Source of the DNA: Acidobacteriota bacterium
GTDB lineage: Bacteria; Acidobacteriota; Terriglobia; Terriglobales; Acidobacteriaceae
Length of the DNA: 64,000 nt
Assembly (NCBI GenBank): GCA_018268775.1
Contig: JAFDVV010000019.1
Coordinates: forward strand, 156,483-220,482
Direction: 5' to 3'
The stretch's first letter is position 1, and each line of letters opens with the position of its first letter. Shown here one piece after another: positions 61,920 through 64,000 of the stretch. Made by a program: the position numbers and the translations under genes. The notes beneath the pieces were generated by a model, which did not search any database, had not been told where the DNA came from, and saw only the letters and a program-made list of their open reading frames with translations.

Positions 61920-64000
61920 CGGACTCGTGAAGGAGGCTCCCATTTGGGTCATTTTTGCCTCACGCCGCTGCTCAATCCACTTGTAGAGAGCGGGGAGGAC
62001 CAGCAGCGTCAGCAACGTGGAAGTAATCAGGCCGCCAATCACGACTGTAGCCAGGGGGCGCTGCACCTCCGCTCCCGCACCATGAGAAACCGCCATTGGA
62101 ATAAAGCCGAGACTCGCAACGAGCGCAGTCATCAAGACGGGGCGCAGTCGAGTCAGAGCCCCTCGCTCCACGGCCTCTTCGATAGGAAGACCCTCCTCTC
62201 TCAGTTCACGGATGTACGTCAGTAGAACGATGCCATTCAGAACCGCAATGCCGAACAATGCGATAAATCCGACTCCTGCGGAAATGCTGAACGGCAACCC
62301 ACGTACAAGCAGAGCCAGAATGCCGCCCGTTGCCGCCAGGGGAATGTTCAGAAAAATCAACAGTGCTGGCATCGTGGCTTGAAAGTTCAGGTAGAGCAAT
62401 ATAAAGATAAGCGTTAGCGCGGCTGGGACAACGATCATCAGCCTTTGGCTTGCGCTTTTGAGTTGCTCAAATTGGCCGCTCCATTCCAACTGATACCCGG
62501 TGGGAATCTTCACCTGACTTGCGATTGCTTGTTTAGCAGCGCTGACGAAGCTGGCAAGATCACGCCCACGCACATTCACTTCCACGCTGATCCGTCTCTG
62601 GCCGCCCTCGCGGCTGATCTGCGCCGGGCCATCCTCTTCCTGAATGTCGGCGAGTTGAGCAAGCGGGATGAAATGTCCTTCATTGTCTCCCACCCGCAAA
62701 TTACCGATCTCTTCATCCGTGGCGCGCTGTTGCTCAGGGAAGCGGACCTGCAACGCAAAACGACGATTGCCTTCCACAATTTCGCCAACAGTTTTGCCGC
62801 CGATAGCCTGAATTGTATCCAGGACATCGGATTCATCCAGGCCATGGCGGGCGAGCGCATCGCGCCGCAGGCGAATGCGCAGATAGGGCAGGCCCGCGAC
62901 CCGTTCGGCGCGCACATCGGCGGCTCCTGGGATTTTCTGGACGACTGCGGCGATCTGATCGGCCTTCTGGCGCAAAGTGTCGAGATTTTCTCCGAAGAGC
63001 TTGATGGCGATATCGCTGCGCGATCCACCTTCCATCAATTCCTGCATTCGCATCTGGATCGGCTGTGAAAAGCTGTATACCGCTCCTGGCGCTTCCTCTT
63101 CCAACCGCGTCTTCATCGCCGCGATTAGATCGTCCTTGCTGCGTTTCACTGGCCATTGATTTCTAGGCTTCAACATCACGTATACGTCACTCTGGTCAAT
63201 GGCCATTGGATCGGTAGCGACTTCGGGGCTCCCGGTGCGGCTGAAGACGTGCGACACTTCCGGGAATTCCCGGAGCACCGTCTCGACGATTTGATTGCCA
63301 TGCAATGATTCGGTGATGGAAATTCCGGGCACTCGATACATCTCGACCAGAATCGAACCTTCATCGAGCGACGGAATAAACACCGCGCCCAGGAACGGAA
63401 TCGCAATCAGCGAGGTCGCAAAAATGGCCAGTGCTATGCCGCTAGTCCAAATGGGCGAACGCAGCGCCCGCTTAAGGGCGGGGCGATAGAAATGGTCCGC
63501 CTTCCGCATCAGCCATGTGTGCTCTTTCTTCGGATGCTTCGGAAGTGCGTACCAGCCGAGCACCGGCATTAGCGTGAGCGCAATGACCAGCGATGCCAAA
63601 AGCGCGAACAGGACGGTTGCCGCCATGGGCTTGAACATCTTGCCTTCAACGCCGCTCAAGGTCAGGATTGGAACGTAGACCAGAACGATGATGAGGACCC
63701 CGAAAAAGATGGGCTTTGCGACTTCACGCGCGGCATGGTGGAATACGCTTTCCAGATGCTCTTCGGGTTTACGATGATGAAGGCGGCGCAGAATATTTTC
63801 GATGATAACGACAGAACCGTCCACAATCAGACCGAAGTCGAGCGCGCCCAGACTCATCAGGTTGCCGGAGATATTGGCTTGAACCATGCCAATAAATGCA
63901 GCCAGCATGGATAATGGAATCGCGAGTGAAACAATAATCCCAGCCCGGAAACTGCCGAGTAGCAGAAGCAGAACGGAGATTACCAGCAATCCACCTTCGA
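61914..64000 (-). CDS. Second heavy-metal efflux RND pump (CusA/CzcA family), C-terminal ~695 aa; N-terminus lies beyond the window
   Basis: The reading frame is open to the window end. Same HME-RND motifs as the 47315-50521 gene (ALFGIAVLNGIVLL, RLRPVLMTALVASLGFIPMA). Confidence 0.9.
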   Translation of the reverse strand, partial: EGGLLVISVLLLLLGSFRAGIIVSLAIPLSMLAAFIGMVQANISGNLMSLGALDFGLIVDGSVVIIENILRRLHHRKPEEHLESVFHHAAREVAKPIFFGVLIIVLVYVPILTLSGVEGKMFKPMAATVLFALLASLVIALTLMPVLGWYALPKHPKKEHTWLMRKADHFYRPALKRALRSPIWTSGIALAIFATSLIAIPFLGAVFIPSLDEGSILVEMYRVPGISITESLHGNQIVETVLREFPEVSHVFSRTGSPEVATDPMAIDQSDVYVMLKPRNQWPVKRSKDDLIAAMKTRLEEEAPGAVYSFSQPIQMRMQELMEGGSRSDIAIKLFGENLDTLRQKADQIAAVVQKIPGAADVRAERVAGLPYLRIRLRRDALARHGLDESDVLDTIQAIGGKTVGEIVEGNRRFALQVRFPEQQRATDEEIGNLRVGDNEGHFIPLAQLADIQEEDGPAQISREGGQRRISVEVNVRGRDLASFVSAAKQAIASQVKIPTGYQLEWSGQFEQLKSASQRLMIVVPAALTLIFILLYLNFQATMPALLIFLNIPLAATGGILALLVRGLPFSISAGVGFIALFGIAVLNGIVLLTYIRELREEGLPIEEAVERGALTRLRPVLMTALVASLGFIPMAVSHGAGAEVQRPLATVVIGGLITSTLLTLLVLPALYKWIEQRREAKMTQMGASFTSPL

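Noticed and set aside
1-64000. CRISPR arrays, rRNA genes, IS elements or transposases.
   Set aside because: No regularly spaced direct repeats, no rRNA-like sequence, and no transposase-like ORF were seen. The only mobile-element trace is the integrase/tRNA remnant at 39.75-40.1 kb.

Overview
GC-rich bacterial chromosomal segment. The protein content suggests Acidobacteriota, but this is unverified. All family calls come from motif reading of the supplied ORF translations; no database search was run.

Layout:
(1) 0-11 kb: glycan/EPS locus with GT2, GT4, ATP-grasp and phosphoglycosyl-transferase (PGT) genes, plus an embedded STAS / RsbW-like kinase / REC-PP2C partner-switching set.
(2) 12.4-27.4 kb: compact hybrid NRPS-PKS cluster on the minus strand. 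The proteins are A-T, then KS-AT-ACP-aminotransferase-C-A-T, then C-C-T-TE. A cupin/JmjC-like oxygenase gene sits upstream.
(3) 27.9-31 kb: further GT4, GT2 and acetyltransferase genes.
(4) 31.5-39.7 kb: kdp potassium-uptake locus with a naturally split, divergently transcribed KdpD, then kdpE and kdpFABC.
(5) 39.75-40.1 kb: decayed integrase fragment beside a 3' half of tRNA-Glu, read as an integration scar.
(6) 40.2-47.1 kb: NYN nuclease-like gene, HxlR regulator, ECF sigma with a ZAS-type anti-sigma, and a CHAT-protease/S41-peptidase operon.
(7) 47.3-64 kb: heavy-metal island with an RND CBA efflux operon, CopA/CopB, cytochrome c, DUF4396-like protein, permease, FTR1, a CDF and a second RND pump.

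Most noteworthy:
- The NRPS-PKS line is predicted to start from Thr and to install a beta-amino group. Its terminal protein has no A domain and carries an HQxxxDG C-like domain.
- One intact PGT is followed by two fusion proteins carrying degenerate PGT-like domains.
- The partner-switching module has no sigma factor nearby and its receiver domain lacks the phospho-acceptor.
- CHAT and S41 peptidase genes are translationally coupled.
- KdpD is split.
- Two paralogous small Cys/Met-rich secreted proteins head divergent metal operons.
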